Below are positions 30,045 to 47,029 of a stretch of DNA of 64,000 nt, piece after piece; the stretch's first letter is position 1; each line of letters opens with the position of its first letter. Source of the DNA: the human T2T-CHM13v2.0 reference genome, Homo sapiens. Where the stretch lies: assembly GCF_009914755.1 (NCBI RefSeq), contig NC_060930.1. One strand, written 5' to 3'. A program made the position numbers and the translations under genes. The notes under the pieces were generated by a model that searched no databases, was not told the DNA's origin, and saw nothing but the letters and a program-made list of their open reading frames with translations.

Positions 30045-30516
30045 AGTTTTTTTTTTTTTTTTTTTTAAAATATAAATCTACTAAAAGAACAAGTTGGACC
30101 ATAAGCTGTGAAAAAATCACACTGCGAAGAGAGAAGAGAGGTTCACACTATTCAGCCCTAAAAGACCACAGCTGGAAACCAGGTCAGGAGAAGAAAATCA
30201 AGGGAAATGATGGATGAGGAAAGGAAGAGATGGCAGAACCTGCTGTCTTCGGATAATTGAGGAGCTGAAATGCAGAAGGGAGATTTTTTCCCTCTGGTAC
30301 CCCCAGAGCACAGAACACTGTAAATTGTGGCTTCAAAATAAATAACTTTCTAACACCTTCAATATTACCAATTGGAATGAGTTACTTTATTAGGTGATAC
30401 ATTCCCCTTTGCTGGAAAGTCCTTGGGTTGATGAGGAACAGCTATCTTGCAAAGATATGGAGGGGAGTCTTGTCTTTAAGTGGAAAGCTGGATGAGGTGA
30501 TTTTTAAGACCCCCTA

Positions 30517-30830
30517 TGTTTCAGTTTGCGTTCCCTTAAAAATAAAGCATGAGACAAGGGTTGGACGCAGGATGCAGGAAGTCTATCAGGGAGGTGACAT
30601 CAGGAAGTGGGCAAGTGGGAAGAGCAAAACAGGGACAGAAGAGTCAATGAATCATATTGTTCAACTGTGTGCAACGAGGCCCACTCCTGCTAGAAACCCT
30701 CTGAAGAACCATGTAGCATGCATTCCAGAATGATTCTTGAAGGAAAGAAGACTGGGACAGTTATCCACCAACTCCAAAACCTCCTTGGTTGACAGCCATT
30801 AACTCCCCAGCACTTCCCAGACCACAGCCA
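30517..30830. mobile_element. MaLR MLT1-type LTR
   Basis: gagacaagggttgg...cagggaggtgacatcaggaag...ttatccaccaactcc...ttaactccccagcacttcc. Confidence 0.55.
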
Positions 30831-32597
30831 GCTGGCTAGGGAAAAGCTCTTCCACCTTCTTTTCCTGACATGGTTTCCAGCTGTGGTCTCAAGTATGCAT
30901 CAGAACAGCCAAGTGCTGGAGGTGGGAGCTGCAAGCATATGCGGGGCTGCTGCTGAAACACAGGAGGCCACGGGGGTGGGCATAACACCAGGGGAAAAAC
31001 GTGCGGCCATGCCTTCGAAGTCCCAGTTTTTCTTGTTTAAAAAATGCAAGACCCTACAGCACTCCTGGCTCACCACTATAGCTCAGGTTCCAGCAGAGGG
31101 TACTGGGGGCATCCCCAAAATTGAGACCTCAGTGTTGTGACACAGGGAAACAATTTCAGGTCATATATTATGTTAAAGAGTTGACAAGAAATAAAAATCA
31201 TAACACATAAACCAACCTTATGATCTCATAAACAAGCAACCCCCTGAAGAACACAGCAAACCAAAGCATCCTGTCTACCTGGCAATACGAATTTGCTTAC
31301 TTCCCATTTTTGATACCTTCTCGGCCATACATTTTGTACATTCTAACATCTATAAAATGGATGTCATAACTTAATTGGCAGTGTTATTTTTCTTAGTGGT
31401 ATATAAAATAATGATGCTTCTTACTAATTATGGTGTTTTAGATTTGATGGAACACACTATTCCTGATATTTTCAACTTAAAATATTCAATTCATTTGCTG
31501 GCCAATTGAAGACCAAAACAATTCCCTATCACCAAAGTTTAGAAAAGCTTCAACTTTAACATTTTCTCCAGAGGAAAAAAACAGAAATGTAAAGAAATTA
31601 CAATGACTACTGATTAAATGTAATAAAACTGCCCCCTCAAAGAGGCCTAGAGAATTGCTGTTATTTAAAATGACTGATGATTAATGATAAGACACATATT
31701 AAATGAAGAGGATAATAAGCAAGATTCACCGATGGCTTCCTAAGATATTAGTTAAATTTTACCAAAGGCAATATTCATTTTAGATTTCCTGAGAGAAGTC
31801 ATTCCTCATGGACAGTTTTTAAAGATAGCTAACTTTCTAACAAAGAGTGCTAGAGAATGAGAGTGTAATTAAAGCATTTGCTTGTTCTTATCCCCTGAAT
31901 TCCCTCCCACTCCTTGAGGAATAATAACTCTTACAATTAGACAGACATTGTTAGATGCATATCCTGCAGGTTGCCTCCTCAGGCATTCGGCACACAAAGC
32001 ATTCACTAGATTGGTTTAGGAAGGAAGTATACTATCCTCGGCAGGAAGAGACCCAAGAGGTGACAGACAAAACAACACACTGGGCAGATGGAAAGCTTAT
32101 AGATATTCCAAGAAACCTGAGACTGGTAAAGGAATATCCTTATACAAAGTAATTCTTCTATAAGTGCTTTCTAAAAGTTAGATCTAAGTAGCTATTTACT
32201 CTAAGTAAAAGCATATACTAGCATTTTAAAGCCCAAAGACAGAAAAAAACATGAAGTGGTTTATTGAAATAGAGGTGAATACCCCAAGCTGCCAACAACC
32301 CTTAGGTGGAATTAAGAGATCATCATTTTTGTATTAATGGGAACTTAATTTTAGACTATGCCTTTCTAGTTATCTCCTTCAATATCTAAGCCTATCAGTA
32401 GATATATCTATATCAATGTTATACAAAGCAAAGCTGAAGCCAGGGATATAAAATGACTTCAATGAAAATACACAGTCCTGGGTGGAAAAAATCCTGGTCG
32501 AAGCATTAAAAATTATAGAAAAGTTGATAAGCCTGATTTATGGGTATCACTGAACATTTTTTACTATGAAATTTATCTATAAGAAACATGCAAATTA

Positions 32598-33186
<589 letters not shown>

Positions 33187-33746
33187 TACTTTAACAACAC
33201 TGAAGAGAAATGTCAAAGTAGTCATTTTAAAAACGAGTTATAAACATCATGTAATATATAATATTCATATACTTAAACAATTTAGTCATTGAAAAGAGTC
33301 CATTTTAGAAAATATTAACAATTTATTTTTTTCATTTAACCCCCATTTACTGAGCACCCACCAGGCAGATACAAGGCACCATGAAATACCATTTGAGTTA
33401 GCCAGAAACTTAGTGGTTGACAATCCTAAGTAATTTCGTAACAGAAGGCCAGTTATTTACACTTTGTGTTTCAAATTCCTATTTTATAAGAAGGGAGTGG
33501 GATTCATGATCTGTTTCATGGGGGATGTGGAGAAGATTAATAATGGTTAATAAAATGCTAAGTTTCTCTTTGCAGGGAGATAGAGACCCTTGCCCAATGT
33601 TATTGGCAAAAGCAGAAGTCAGTAAATTAGGCTGGCTTTAACTCTTTATGGCCTGGATTTTTGTTTCTTGGTAAACTAAAGGTAGATATTTTTAGGAAGA
33701 AAAGCATTGCCTTTTAAAATAAAATATACATTCCTTTGAGACATTA

Positions 33747-34187
<441 letters not shown>

Positions 34188-34554
34188 TCAGAGTTTGGTG
34201 TTAAAAATCCATTCAACCTGAAATTACAAGCTATTGCTTTCTGTATTCCTCCTCTAGTTTATGCCTTATTTGTTTGATTAGTCAGAATTAACACTGCTGC
34301 GCCAGCACATTTGGTTTTGCTTGGTTCTGTGACCAAACATTGTATTCCTCATATTCAAAAAACTTTCCCCTTCCCAAAGACAGGCCACTGTGCAGCAGTA
34401 ATAGTTGGTTTGGTACATTTTCATTTCCATAAGTGGTGAAATGACACAGCCCAGGCCCTAAGGTGGATGAAGAACACAGCATATTTGTGCATGAGATCCA
34501 GGATGGTGGCAGAACTCTTCCTTTCACTTCCGTAGGCTTGGAGGGATAACAAAA

Positions 34555-34700
34555 TAGAGTGGCAAAGAGGAGGTGTTCTGGGGCCGGAAGACTTGGCTTC
34601 AAATTCCAGCTCTGACACTATCTCTAATTTGTGGGAGTGAACAATTTGCTTACTATATCTCTAAATCTCAGCATCCTAATCCATAAATGGGAACAACAGG
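34555..34700 (+). mobile_element. MIR
   Basis: gacttggcttcaaattccagctctgacact...tctcagcatcctaatccataaatggga. Confidence 0.6.
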
Positions 34701-37269
34701 ATCTCCTGATACGACTCTGCCACATTTTGTTTATAAAGCAGTCACTAATGCAAGTGGCACTTGATAAAAGTCATTTATAATTATCATTTACATCTCCAAA
34801 GTGGTGACGCTTGAATCAAGTTCCTCTCTAATACTTCTATTAAAAAGCACACTATTATATAATGAATAAATGTATATATTTTAAAAATCAGAAAAATCTT
34901 TAAATTTGGGAGAAATGATAATGTTTACAAAAATGATTTATAAAACATCTTTTATTTCTATCCCAGGTCTGTTGATATTCTCTTAAACTAGACAGGTAAG
35001 TAAAATATGCCTTATATTTTAAAAAGCAAAAATAAAGTGTGTTTGGCATTGCTAATCTCCAATTACTCTAACAGAAAATGTTCTCCCCACTGCCCCACAA
35101 TTACTTCATGGAAGGAAAAAGGACATGACTGTGTCTATACCTGTACACTGCTATCAAGAGAGAGGGATTTGTTAGGAAGCACATTTGGGAATAATAGACA
35201 CAGAAAAAAACTTGTGATAGAGAAGAATGAATGAAAATGAACACACAGGAAGCTAAAACCTTTCCTACCTTTATTAGAAATAAACGAATGAAACCAAGAT
35301 GGTAAGAAATAAATGAACATATTACTGTGCTCATTAACCGTGGTTAAGCTAATGTTATTGATGGTTTAGTTATTACATTAATATTTCATTCTTATTTTAT
35401 GCGACTGAATATCTTAGCTATTTATACTTCTCATAACACAAATTGCAATAAAGTCCTTCAAGCAGATACTTGTTCATCACCTAAGAAATTATTCTTTCTA
35501 CATGGCAAGAGTAGTAGCTTTTGAGGATGAATTAGAGAAACATTATTACCCTGTTATGGATCCTAAATAAAGTATTTCTGGCATGATTCGGACCAAGTTG
35601 CTACCTCCTAATAAAAACTACAATGAAATTCCAAGACCTTCAAACAATAATTTTGTGTGGCCATGGGAAATATAAATAAATACAAAGAAGGACAGTCTTT
35701 AGTAGATCTGAAAAAACTGTGTCAAGGATACAGATAATTGATTAGAAAAAAGAGTACGATATATTTTGTGATTTAATCCTTCTATAATTGATTTAAAAAA
35801 CTGGTTTGATGAAGCCTTCAGAATCGTAAGTGTCTGATATGTCATCTGCCCAGGTATCATTTGCCATTGTGAGTTCCTAGTGTAGTCTCCAGATAGGGCC
35901 ATGATAGCCAGTTGAAAGCTCAAAATATTTTGTTATTAAAATAATCAAATAAAACATATCACTCTGGGATTAAATGCTTCCCAAAATCTACTTGAAACTA
36001 CAACAGAGTAGCCATATCTTTAGTAATCAATTGTCCAGAACAATAGTGTACAGCATCCTCCCCTTGGTTACAATAATCTTCTAAAGTACAACTTAGCAGA
36101 AATAAACTTTGCTGTATAAGACAATGCTACTTCTCAAAACAGAAATTTAGTTGTTCTAGCTTTGCTTTCTAAGTTGAAAATATACAGTGGATTGAAAAAT
36201 TAGCTTTTACTACTAAGAGAAGCAGGAAACACTTTGACTTCATTTGTTCTTAATGGATTTTCCTGTCAATGATTTGTCTGAATACAATATACTAAAAGTT
36301 GTGTGGGTATGGTTTTAGGAATTAGGAAGAAAATATTTCAAATAATGTTTTAAAGCTGTCTTTTTTTGAACATCAAGATCTTAGACGGCCAATTTAAGAT
36401 TAGAATAATTAAAATGTCTGCCAGTATGGTAATTAGAGGATGACAGAATGGAAACTATAAAATATGGAGAACTCCCCAGGTTAAAATCTGAAACCTCACA
36501 GCAATGAGGAAAAATAAACCTAAAAGAGGCCATGTGGATCATATCCTAGTTTGCTTTTGATGTTAATCATGTGCCTTTATAAAGGCTGTGCCAAATGTAG
36601 GCCAACGTTCTCACTAAGGCGCTTCTGGTTCCTACGTGTGAAGTAGTGAAGACTTGTAAAGGAAACCAATGTCATACTCAGTGTAGTTAACCAGAACAAA
36701 GCAAGCTGCATTTATATTTAAATAAACAAGTACGCCTATGTCAAAATAACCCAGACCTCTTGTTAGAAAGACCAATTTTATAATGGCTACATCTTTGGGA
36801 TTACAAATTTCCATTTTTTTCCTATGAATTAACACTTTATTAAAAAATTTCTAAGCTGTCAAGAAAAATAAAATTTTTCTGAGGACTGAGCCACTATTTT
36901 ACAACACTACTTGAGAAGCCTTGATAATAATATTAAAAGAATATATGTATTACCACATAAAATACTTAATCGCAAAAGCACCTGATTCCACTAAAAAATT
37001 TTGTTCCTGAAGAGTACAAATATTTTAGATAAAGTAATTTTCTTTCTAACTTTATTTACTTTCTAACTTTATTTTCGGTTTTGATTGAGGCTTAACTGGA
37101 GGTGTTTCTTAGTTTACTTTTATACTAGCCTCCTCCTAGAGACTTTAAGTAGTTTCTAACTTACCTTACTAACTTACTGCTTGCAAATTAGTAAATGAAG
37201 ATTTAAGTGTAGAATGGAAATTCTTACAAATAAATCCACAGTGGATGAGTTAAAAGGAACAGGTGCTGA

Positions 37270-37455
37270 TATAGACAAACTTTAATCTTAATTTTGGTTC
37301 GACATGTAATCTCTCTGAGGTACAGCAACTTTATCTGTAAAACTGGGTAATAATCTCAAGTACTGTGAGAGAGAAAAAAACCCAACTCCACCGCTTCATT
37401 TAAAGGAGCTACCTAACACACAGCTTAGCACATGGTAGGCAATTCAACACTCAAC
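37270..37455 (+). mobile_element. MIR
   Basis: ttatctgtaaaactgggtaataatc...gcacatggtaggcaattcaa. Confidence 0.5.
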
Positions 37456-37888
37456 TGTTGCCTCTTACTTCTCCACTGTAAAGAATCTTTGATACTATTA
37501 ATGATCTTCCCTGAAATATGAGTTTGTTCAGATTTTTATGTGTGGATTTCCTTAGAGTACTGTCCATTTATCTCTGGGGACAAGTTTACTTCACATGGAG
37601 GTAGCCATTGGGACTGTCTGTCTTCTCAGGCAATTTTAACTTAGGCAATTGTCAGAATACAAATTCAGGATTTCCCCCTGCATAATTTAAATTGTGGTCC
37701 TAAGGAGAGAATTCATATTTATCAAAGAATACTACTTTTTCAGATATGTGACTCTTAACTGAGGTTTAAACCATGCAAAAACTTTAACGGCCCTATTAGA
37801 AATAAACATCAAATATGATTACCATTATTACGATGATATTAGCAGATATCGAACTCTACCTAATTGGAAATACTTTGTAACTCACTCA

Positions 37889-38134
<246 letters not shown>

Positions 38135-38505
38135 TTAATTCAGATAATGCAGCAAAATCACATTAGCAACTAGGATGCAACCCTATGTCAACTGCAAGTC
38201 ACTGTTACATTTAAATTCCAACAAATCTCTTATTTTCAGAAAGATATTCTGAAATGAGCAGATGGGCTATTAACTAATGTAACATACTCTAAATAATTAC
38301 CAGAGTAGTTTTGTAAACATGGAAGATAAAAGATATGTAATTACCCCTAATTCTAAAAATCTGGTTCTCTAGTGAAAAACACCCAACTAAAATGTTCACA
38401 GTATATATTTAAATACATTTTTATTTGCTTTAGTTCTGAATAATATAAAATTCTGGCAAAGCTATGAGTATTAGCAAATCTTTTTTAGAAGGTGGTTTGT
38501 AATAA

Positions 38506-38835
<330 letters not shown>

Positions 38836-38998
38836 TGATAAATTTTCTAGTGCTATGAATCTGAAGGGTCAAATACCTATGGGACAGGGGCAGTCAGAAA
38901 GGATATGGGGCAGAAGAAGAAGTTTTTCCTCCTAATACTCCATTCCTATAGTCCACCTTCACTGCCATTTATCATGCCAGATCCACTACATGTATTAA

Positions 38999-39329
<331 letters not shown>

Positions 39330-39349
39330 CAGAGTTCTAATGACAGTGC

Positions 39350-39905
39350 CCCTTCAATCTATTCCCCACATTAATGCCAGAATAGCCCTCTTAATACATG
39401 AATGAGATCACCCTTTACTCGAAGCCTTTCAATCCTGTGTGTTTGGTGCCATGCAAGATCTCAATCTTCTCTATGCCATTCAGTCTTGCTCCACTTGCTC
39501 TCTGCTCACTTGCTATAAAGCCCTTCTTTTGGCTCCTCAAAAACATCAGGTTCCATCTCATCTCAGGCAGGGCTTCTATAGGCCTTGTTCTCTCTGCCTG
39601 AAATGGACCCTAGGACCCCCTTCCCCTTCTTTAGTAGTTCTTACTCATACTTCGTATCTGGGACCAAATGACACTTCCTCAAAGGAGTGTTCTCTGACAA
39701 TGCCACTAGGTTCCTTTGTCACACACTTTTTGGTAGCACACACTTATCACCTGTAATTTCATAATGTGGTAACATTTTCTTCTGTCTCCTCCACAAGATT
39801 ATGAACCAAGAGGGCAGAGACCAGACCTATTATGTTTCCCAGTCCACCCCAGCCCCTGGAAAGTGTCTTGCACATGGTAGGTACTCAACAAATAACTGAC
39901 GAACA
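39350..39905 (+). mobile_element. L2 3' region
   Basis: agagggcagagacc...gcacatggtaggtactcaacaaataactga. Confidence 0.65.
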
Positions 39906-41223
39906 AAGCAAAATTCTTCTATGTCAACCTTAATAAAGGGCTGTAACTACTCAAGCTAAAGAGCCATGTTTTAAAGTAGTTAAGTATGTGATTTTCTTTT
40001 TGCAGAAAGTGTAGAATTATAGTTTAAATTTTAGTGTAAAAATATATTTTAAAAATTCTAAGTCTGATTCTTGAAGTGACCTTTACAGTTTCCTAAATCA
40101 ACACAGAAACCTCTGACATTTACAAACTAAATAGACTAAGTACGAACTCATCAATAATAAGCCCTGTTGTTATCAACATGATTGTAGGAGACACATGCAA
40201 GTGATGCGTGGAAAAGCAAATCATGGTTTGGCATTGTCAAAACAACACTGACTCGATGAAGTGATAGGAAACGATGGCCAGGATCCAGACGTGTCATTTG
40301 GAGTTAAAGCAATGAGAGCTGAAAACCAATGGCCAGAAGCAGCTTGATGTTTTCCTCCCCTTGGGTTATGATTTTCTAATAGACGGAAGAAGCAAGTTTG
40401 AGCAGCTGGGGATTTTTTTTAAAAAAGAAAAAAGTGTTATATAAGAATACATTTGTTTTAATTAATTTTGGTAAGTGCTAGTTTTCTATTTTTAAAATTT
40501 CCTGCCTATAAAAATTTCACATTAAAAAAAAAAAACAAGACAAAGGAACGTAGAAGAGAAACAGGTCTTCTCATTAATTTAGCATGTCACTCACTAAGCT
40601 TCCTTCAGGCCTGGATGGCTGTTTGTCAACACAGTCCTGTGTAAACATCTTAGTGGATGTCGGGGAGAGCAGGCCCGAATTTATCAGCAGGAAAGGATCA
40701 ACCTACTTCTGGAAATAACATAATATGGTATTTTTATGTCCAACTGCTCTAAAGGTGAGGTGTACTGTAGTCAGTCAAATATTACGCTCTTCTCTGAAGG
40801 AGTAATTTATTCTTTTCTTCATAAGAATAGGTCCCATAAAAGGATTTCTAATATCTAAAAAAGAGAAAAAGCAAGTAGCAAAAGAATCAAGACAAAGAAG
40901 AATTAAAATACTCAATATCTCCCTTTTAAAATTTTTGTTGACTTCATCTGAATTTCTCTCTTTGAAACAATCCCCCAATGATGCTAGTGACACTACACAT
41001 AGCTAGCTAGACTAGATATAGATAGATGGATGGCTGTTATAGAAATCAAGGGATGATAAATACTCTGTGTACAGACAGGAAACCCTGCCATCTGGCCTCA
41101 ATAGTAACAAGATCAGTTCATATTATCAGTGACCAGGACCGGATACTGCCTTTCAGCCACAACTGAGGAGCAGGGGCAACTGCTAAAAGAGAACAAGCAG
41201 AACAACCATTAAAAGCAGAGGCA

Positions 41224-41519
41224 GGTCCAGCGTGGTGTTTCACACCTGTAATCCCAGAACATTGGGAGGCCGGGGAGGGCGGATCACCTGAGGTCAGGAG
41301 TTTGAGATCAGCCTGGCCAACATGGTGAAAACTCATCTCTACTAAAGATACAAAAGTTACCCTGGTGTAGGGGCGGGCACCTGTAATCCCAGCTACTTGG
41401 GAGGCTGATGCAGGAGAATCGCTTGAACCTGGCAGGTGGAGGGAGCTGAGACTGCACCACTGCACACTACCCTGGGCGACAAAGTAAGACTCCGTCTCCA
41501 AAAAAGAAAAAAAAAAAAA
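41224..41519 (+). mobile_element. AluS
   Basis: Full dimer with polyA; degenerate TSD AAAAGCAGAGGCA. Confidence 0.92.
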
Positions 41520-41559
41520 GGTAAGGGGCAAAAAGATAGATCAGATACAGAGCACATAT

Positions 41560-41965
41560 GTATTCACAAAATTCAAGTAAGTAAACACCTACTAGGTGCA
41601 AGACACTGTGTACTGGCTTAGTAAATATGACTAAGACATGGTTACTACCCGCAAAAGCTTTGGATCCTTAGGAAGATGCATATGGATGTGAATCATCAGG
41701 AAAAGGTTTGTGATAGGAAAGCACTCAAAGCGCTGGGGCAGGGAAAGAATAGAGGAAAAGTGGATGCTAATAAATCCCAACCGGAGCACTGAAGAGGGGA
41801 TCCTGGAAGAAATGGCAATTGAGCTGGGTCTTGAGAGGTGGGAGGGCTAAGGAAATGGCACAAGCAAAGACCTGAACATGGCCAAGCAGGCCTCGATTGA
41901 AGAATAAAAAAATAAGTGTGTTTTCCTCTGGCTAGAACACAGAATGGGGATTGGGGCAGGAGAGA
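41560..41965 (-). mobile_element. L2 fragment
   Basis: aacacctactaggtgcaagacactgtg...cctggaagaaatggcaattgagctgggtcttga. Confidence 0.6.
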
Positions 41966-42290
41966 GAGCTAAGACTCATCAATCCTGTTTTGTTTTTTGT
42001 TTTTTTTTTCCATCAGGAAATTGGCCCATAAGGAATCTAAATATAAAGGGCTCTTTGTACTAGGAAACATGGCCAAATACATAGCATACAGGTGACCCAG
42101 AAGGTGAAGCGGAGATGTTCCAGCACAACTGGCTCCTTCTGTCCCCCTTCATAGCAGCTTCTAAATCCTAAATCATAGGAAGGAAACAGTAAATGAAGGA
42201 GACTTTTCTTCAGCTTTTGAAATGTGTGGTGAGGAATACTCCAAAAATGCTTGTGCTTTTAGAGAATCACATCCTGTCACCTTATACTTA

Positions 42291-42619
<329 letters not shown>

Positions 42620-43822
42620 TTATCCCTAGTCCTCTGGTGGCCCTCAAACTGTTGAGTCTCAGCACCCTTTTGTAATCTTCAAAAGAAATGGACACCCCAA
42701 ATAATTTATGTAAATAATACCTATATTTACTACATTGGAAAATTAAAATAATTTAAAAATATTTTCGTTACCTCATTTAAAATAATAATTACATGCCCAT
42801 TATGTTAACATATACAATTTTTCAAAAAAGTTATATTTTACAAAACAAAACAAAAAATTAGTGAGAAGACTGACACAATTTCACATTTTTGCATATCTCT
42901 TTCTTGTTTGCCTTGACAGGAGACAGCTGGATACTCATGTCTGCCCTACTTTCAATCCTTTGCTATATGTTGTTTTGGCTGTAATACATCAAGACAAGTC
43001 AGCCTCACACAGTAATACAGTCAGAAAAAGAAAGGATATTTTAACAGGCTTTTCACACAATTGTGGATATTTTTCTTTGATACTACAACAATAGTCAACA
43101 AGTGGTTTCTTTTTTAAAGGTTAATTGCATTGTAAAATTAGAAATTACATCAATGAATTTTCGTATTGTTACATTAAAAGCCACTGGTCTATCTTGTACT
43201 TTACACAGATTGTTTTCCATATATGATCTTATAATATCATGCTTTGGTCATTTGGAAAATCCTGGCTCACTGAACTATGCAGATCTTTCAAATATTGACC
43301 CATTCCATTATACAATATCAGAAAACCACATTTGTTAATATCATCATCAATCTAATAGGAAAAGTATTTGTGTCAAGCTCATGGTAGCATGTACAAGTTT
43401 TCCAAAATTCTATTTTTTATTTAGAAACTTGGATTATAATCATTGGCACAAATACTGTGACTTTTTCTTGAAGTGACAAGCTCATTTTCAAGAACATGGC
43501 TCCTGACTACCTAGCCTAAATAATCATTTTTTAAATTGTTCTTTCAAGTAAAAATGTTGAATCTGTGAAACAGTAAGTGGCTAGCTCAGCTTGCAACTCA
43601 AAACACCCAAGAGCTTTTCCTTGATGCAACTATCATTTTTCATAATTCAGCAGGAGTGATTTATGAGTATTTTCCATTTCACCTCACAGAACATGACAAA
43701 GGTGTGTACTCACAGGTTGGTATTTATTAGAATCACTAATTTTTTTTTTTTACTGTTTCAGTAAGCACATTCATAAGTGAAACCAGTATCCTTTTTTAAA
43801 ATGCTATTAAGAATACAATGGG

Positions 43823-44150
43823 GGCTGGTGTGGTGGCTCATGCCTGTAATCCCAGCACTTTGGGAGGCCAAGGCAAAGGGATCGCTCAAGCCTAAAAGTT
43901 TGAGGCCAGCCTGGGAAATATGAGACCTTCTCTCTACCAAAAAAAAAAAAAAATTAAAAATTGGCTGAGCATGGCATCGTGCACCTGTAGTCCCAGCTAC
44001 TCGGGGCGGGGGGCCGAGGTGGGAAGATAGCTTGAGCCCAGCTTGAGCCCAGGAGGCAGAGGTTGCAATGAGCTGAGATTATGACACTGTACTCCAGCCT
44101 GGGTGACACAGTGGGACCCTGTCCCACAAAAAAGAAAAAAAAAAGAAAAA
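43823..44150 (+). mobile_element. AluJ
   Basis: Dimer with an internal GCTTGAGCCCA duplication and polyA. Confidence 0.9.
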
Positions 44151-44279
44151 ATATGAATATTAGTACTATTTGGTGTTTGTTTGCCTTTGTTCTCAGTGAG
44201 GCTTCAGCAGTATCACCTAACACTGTAGGTGTAAATATCAACACATTAGAAAAGGCAGAAAGTCTTTCAAAGTACCACT

Positions 44280-44405
44280 ATTAAAAGCAGAGGCAGAAAG
44301 AGAGATGAGATACAGAGCACATATGTATTCACAAAATTTAAGTAAGTAAACATCCACTAAGTGCAAGATACTGTGTACTGGCTTAGTAAATATGACTAAG
44401 ACATG
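44280..44405 (+). repeat. Dispersed direct copy of 41208-41224 + 41527-41640
   Basis: 106/114 identity by manual alignment of 44292-44405 against 41527-41640; ATTAAAAGCAGAGGCAG shared with 41208-41224. Confidence 0.92.
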
Positions 44406-45353
44406 TATTATATGTCTTGTTATTATATATCATTATACTAGTATTATAATAAAAATATTTTTGACCTTGTGGGCCTCCTCAGAGGTCTCAAGGACTTCCA
44501 GTGATCTGTTGACCACACTTAGGTAAGTGGTAACCTTGATTATAGTCCTAAGGTTTCAACAGCTAGGCCTTCCAGAGCTACAGACATATTTTAGCATATG
44601 GATTTTGGCATATACTTTCCTATTAAACTATTCTTTAAGAAAAGTACTTCTAAAGTAATAATGAGGTATCTAAGAACATGATATTAAAATATAAAGAAAA
44701 AACCCAAATTAGAGTAAAATCTTAAGGCAGTGTACTCTTGCTACAGTTGGGTATCTCAATATTCTTCACTTGTTTTCAGCTATTTAATCTACTACTGTTT
44801 TTCCAAATCAGCTTGAGAACATTTCTTTCAACTACTCTGAATCTTTATGCCCCTGCTCAAAATCGTCTGAAGAGTCTTAAGTGCAGGCTTCTAGGATCAA
44901 AAGTTCTTGTGCAATACTTTCTCCCATCCTAAAGGTAATTCTACTGGCAAGAAACCTTTATATCTGGCAGCTTAAAATTAAGAAGAGAAAAACAGGCTGT
45001 TTGCTCTTCCAATTTCCCAACTCTTAAAAATTCAGGCTCCTCTCTCATTATATAGCCATGCAGAAACAGAATGTTAGGAAGCAGAATGGTCTACCTACTC
45101 TCTATAAAACCCTCATAGTCATTAGTACAAAGGAATGAATTTCCTTTCTATCCACATGACCAGCTTGTTACAGATTAACATCCCCACACTACTCTGGCCA
45201 GATCTTCCCTTTCTGATTAATAGCTGTAAATGTGCTTATATGTCATCACACTTGGAGTTATATATGAAAAATACACAATCCAGTTTCCTAATAACACAAT
45301 CTGATGACAGAAGCCTGTTTATTAAAGGAGCCATGCCCTTTTCTCCTTTTCTA

Positions 45354-45545
<192 letters not shown>

Positions 45546-45839
45546 CTATAATAGAAAATAAAATGTTACCGTGAAAATCTAAAAAGCAATTTTCATGCCA
45601 TTCTTCTTCTTCTTGAACATACAAGTTGACTTAAATGATGCAGAGTTAGAACAAAGATAACTGCTGTTAGCTTATTATTACAAACATAATGGCAGTAAGT
45701 GAATATAGTCACACTGATTAGTTATCTACCATTAGCCAGATGCCATACTAGGAACAAGGGGCCAGTGGATAAACAAAGTCACCGCACTCTTAGAATTGTG
45801 CATCCTAGTGGGACGGGACAGACAATAAATCAATAAGTC

Positions 45840-46982
45840 TAGTCATGTGTCCCTTAATGACAGGGATACATGCTGGGAAACACAGGCAATTTAATTCTTG
45901 TACAAACATCATAGAGCACACTGTCACAAATGTAGTTGGCACAGCCTACTGTTTCTAGGTTACAAACCTGTGTAGCATATGTTACTGTACTGAAGTATTT
46001 GTGTATCTAAACATAGAAAAATACACTATAAAAGATGAAAAATGATACCTTTCTATAGGGTTATACATTTTATAACCCTATACATAAATACAGGGCACTT
46101 TGTATAGGGCATTTATCATGAATGAAACTCGCAGGACTGGAAGTTGCAGTGGATGAGTTAGTAAGTGAGTAATAAGTGAATGTGAAGGCCTGGGACGTTA
46201 CTGTATAGTACTGTAAACTTTATAAACATGGTACACTTAGCCATTATTAATACATTTATAAAAGTATTTTTCTTTCAATAATAAATTAACGTTAGTTTAC
46301 TGTAATTTTACTTGATAAACTTTTTAATTAAAAAAATTTTGACTCTTTTGTAATAACCATTAGCTTAAAACACACTTTGTATAGTTGTACCAAAATATTT
46401 TCTTTCTTTATATTCTTATAAGTTTTTTCTATTTAAAATTTCTTTTTAAAGTTGTTTAACTTTTTAAACTTTTTGTTAAAAACTAAGACACATATACACA
46501 TTAGCTTAGGACTCCACAGGACCATCAATATCACTGTCTTCCACTTCTACATCTTATCGCACTGGAAGGTCTTTCAGGGGCAGTAGCACGCATGGAGCTG
46601 TCAACTCCTGTGATGATAATGCCTTGAAGAGGAATACCTCTTGAAGGACCTTGCTTCTAGAGCTAACTTAAAAAAAAAGTGGTACATTCTAAAATAACAA
46701 TAAAAACCATAGTAGTACATAAATCAGTAATGCAGTCATTTAATTATCAAATATTATGTACTGTACATAATTATATGTGCTATACTTTTATGTGACTGGG
46801 AGTAGAGTATGTTTATGCCATCACCACCACAAACATGTAAGTAATGCATTGCACTACGACATTATGACAACTATGATGTCACAAGGCCGTAGGAATTTTG
46901 TCAACTCCATTATAAACTTACAGGACCACTGTCACATATGTGGTCCACTGTTGAATAAACACTGTTAAGTAACACCTAACTG
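45840..46982 (+). mobile_element. Tigger3b/GOLEM-type DNA transposon
   Basis: agtcatgtgtcccttaatgacagggatac...ctaggttacaaacctgtgtagcat...taactg|TA. Confidence 0.8.
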
Positions 46983-47029
46983 TATAGTATGTCAGGAGAT
47001 GATAAATACTGTGGAAAAAAATAAAAGGG

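Larger units (their letters stand above)
42634..44530. mobile_element. Charlie1-type hAT transposon, interrupted by an AluJ and a templated insertion
   Basis: Ends ctcaaactgttgagtctcagcaccctttt... and ...ttttgaccttgtggg...gaccacactt match Charlie1 termini as I recall them. Confidence 0.75.
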
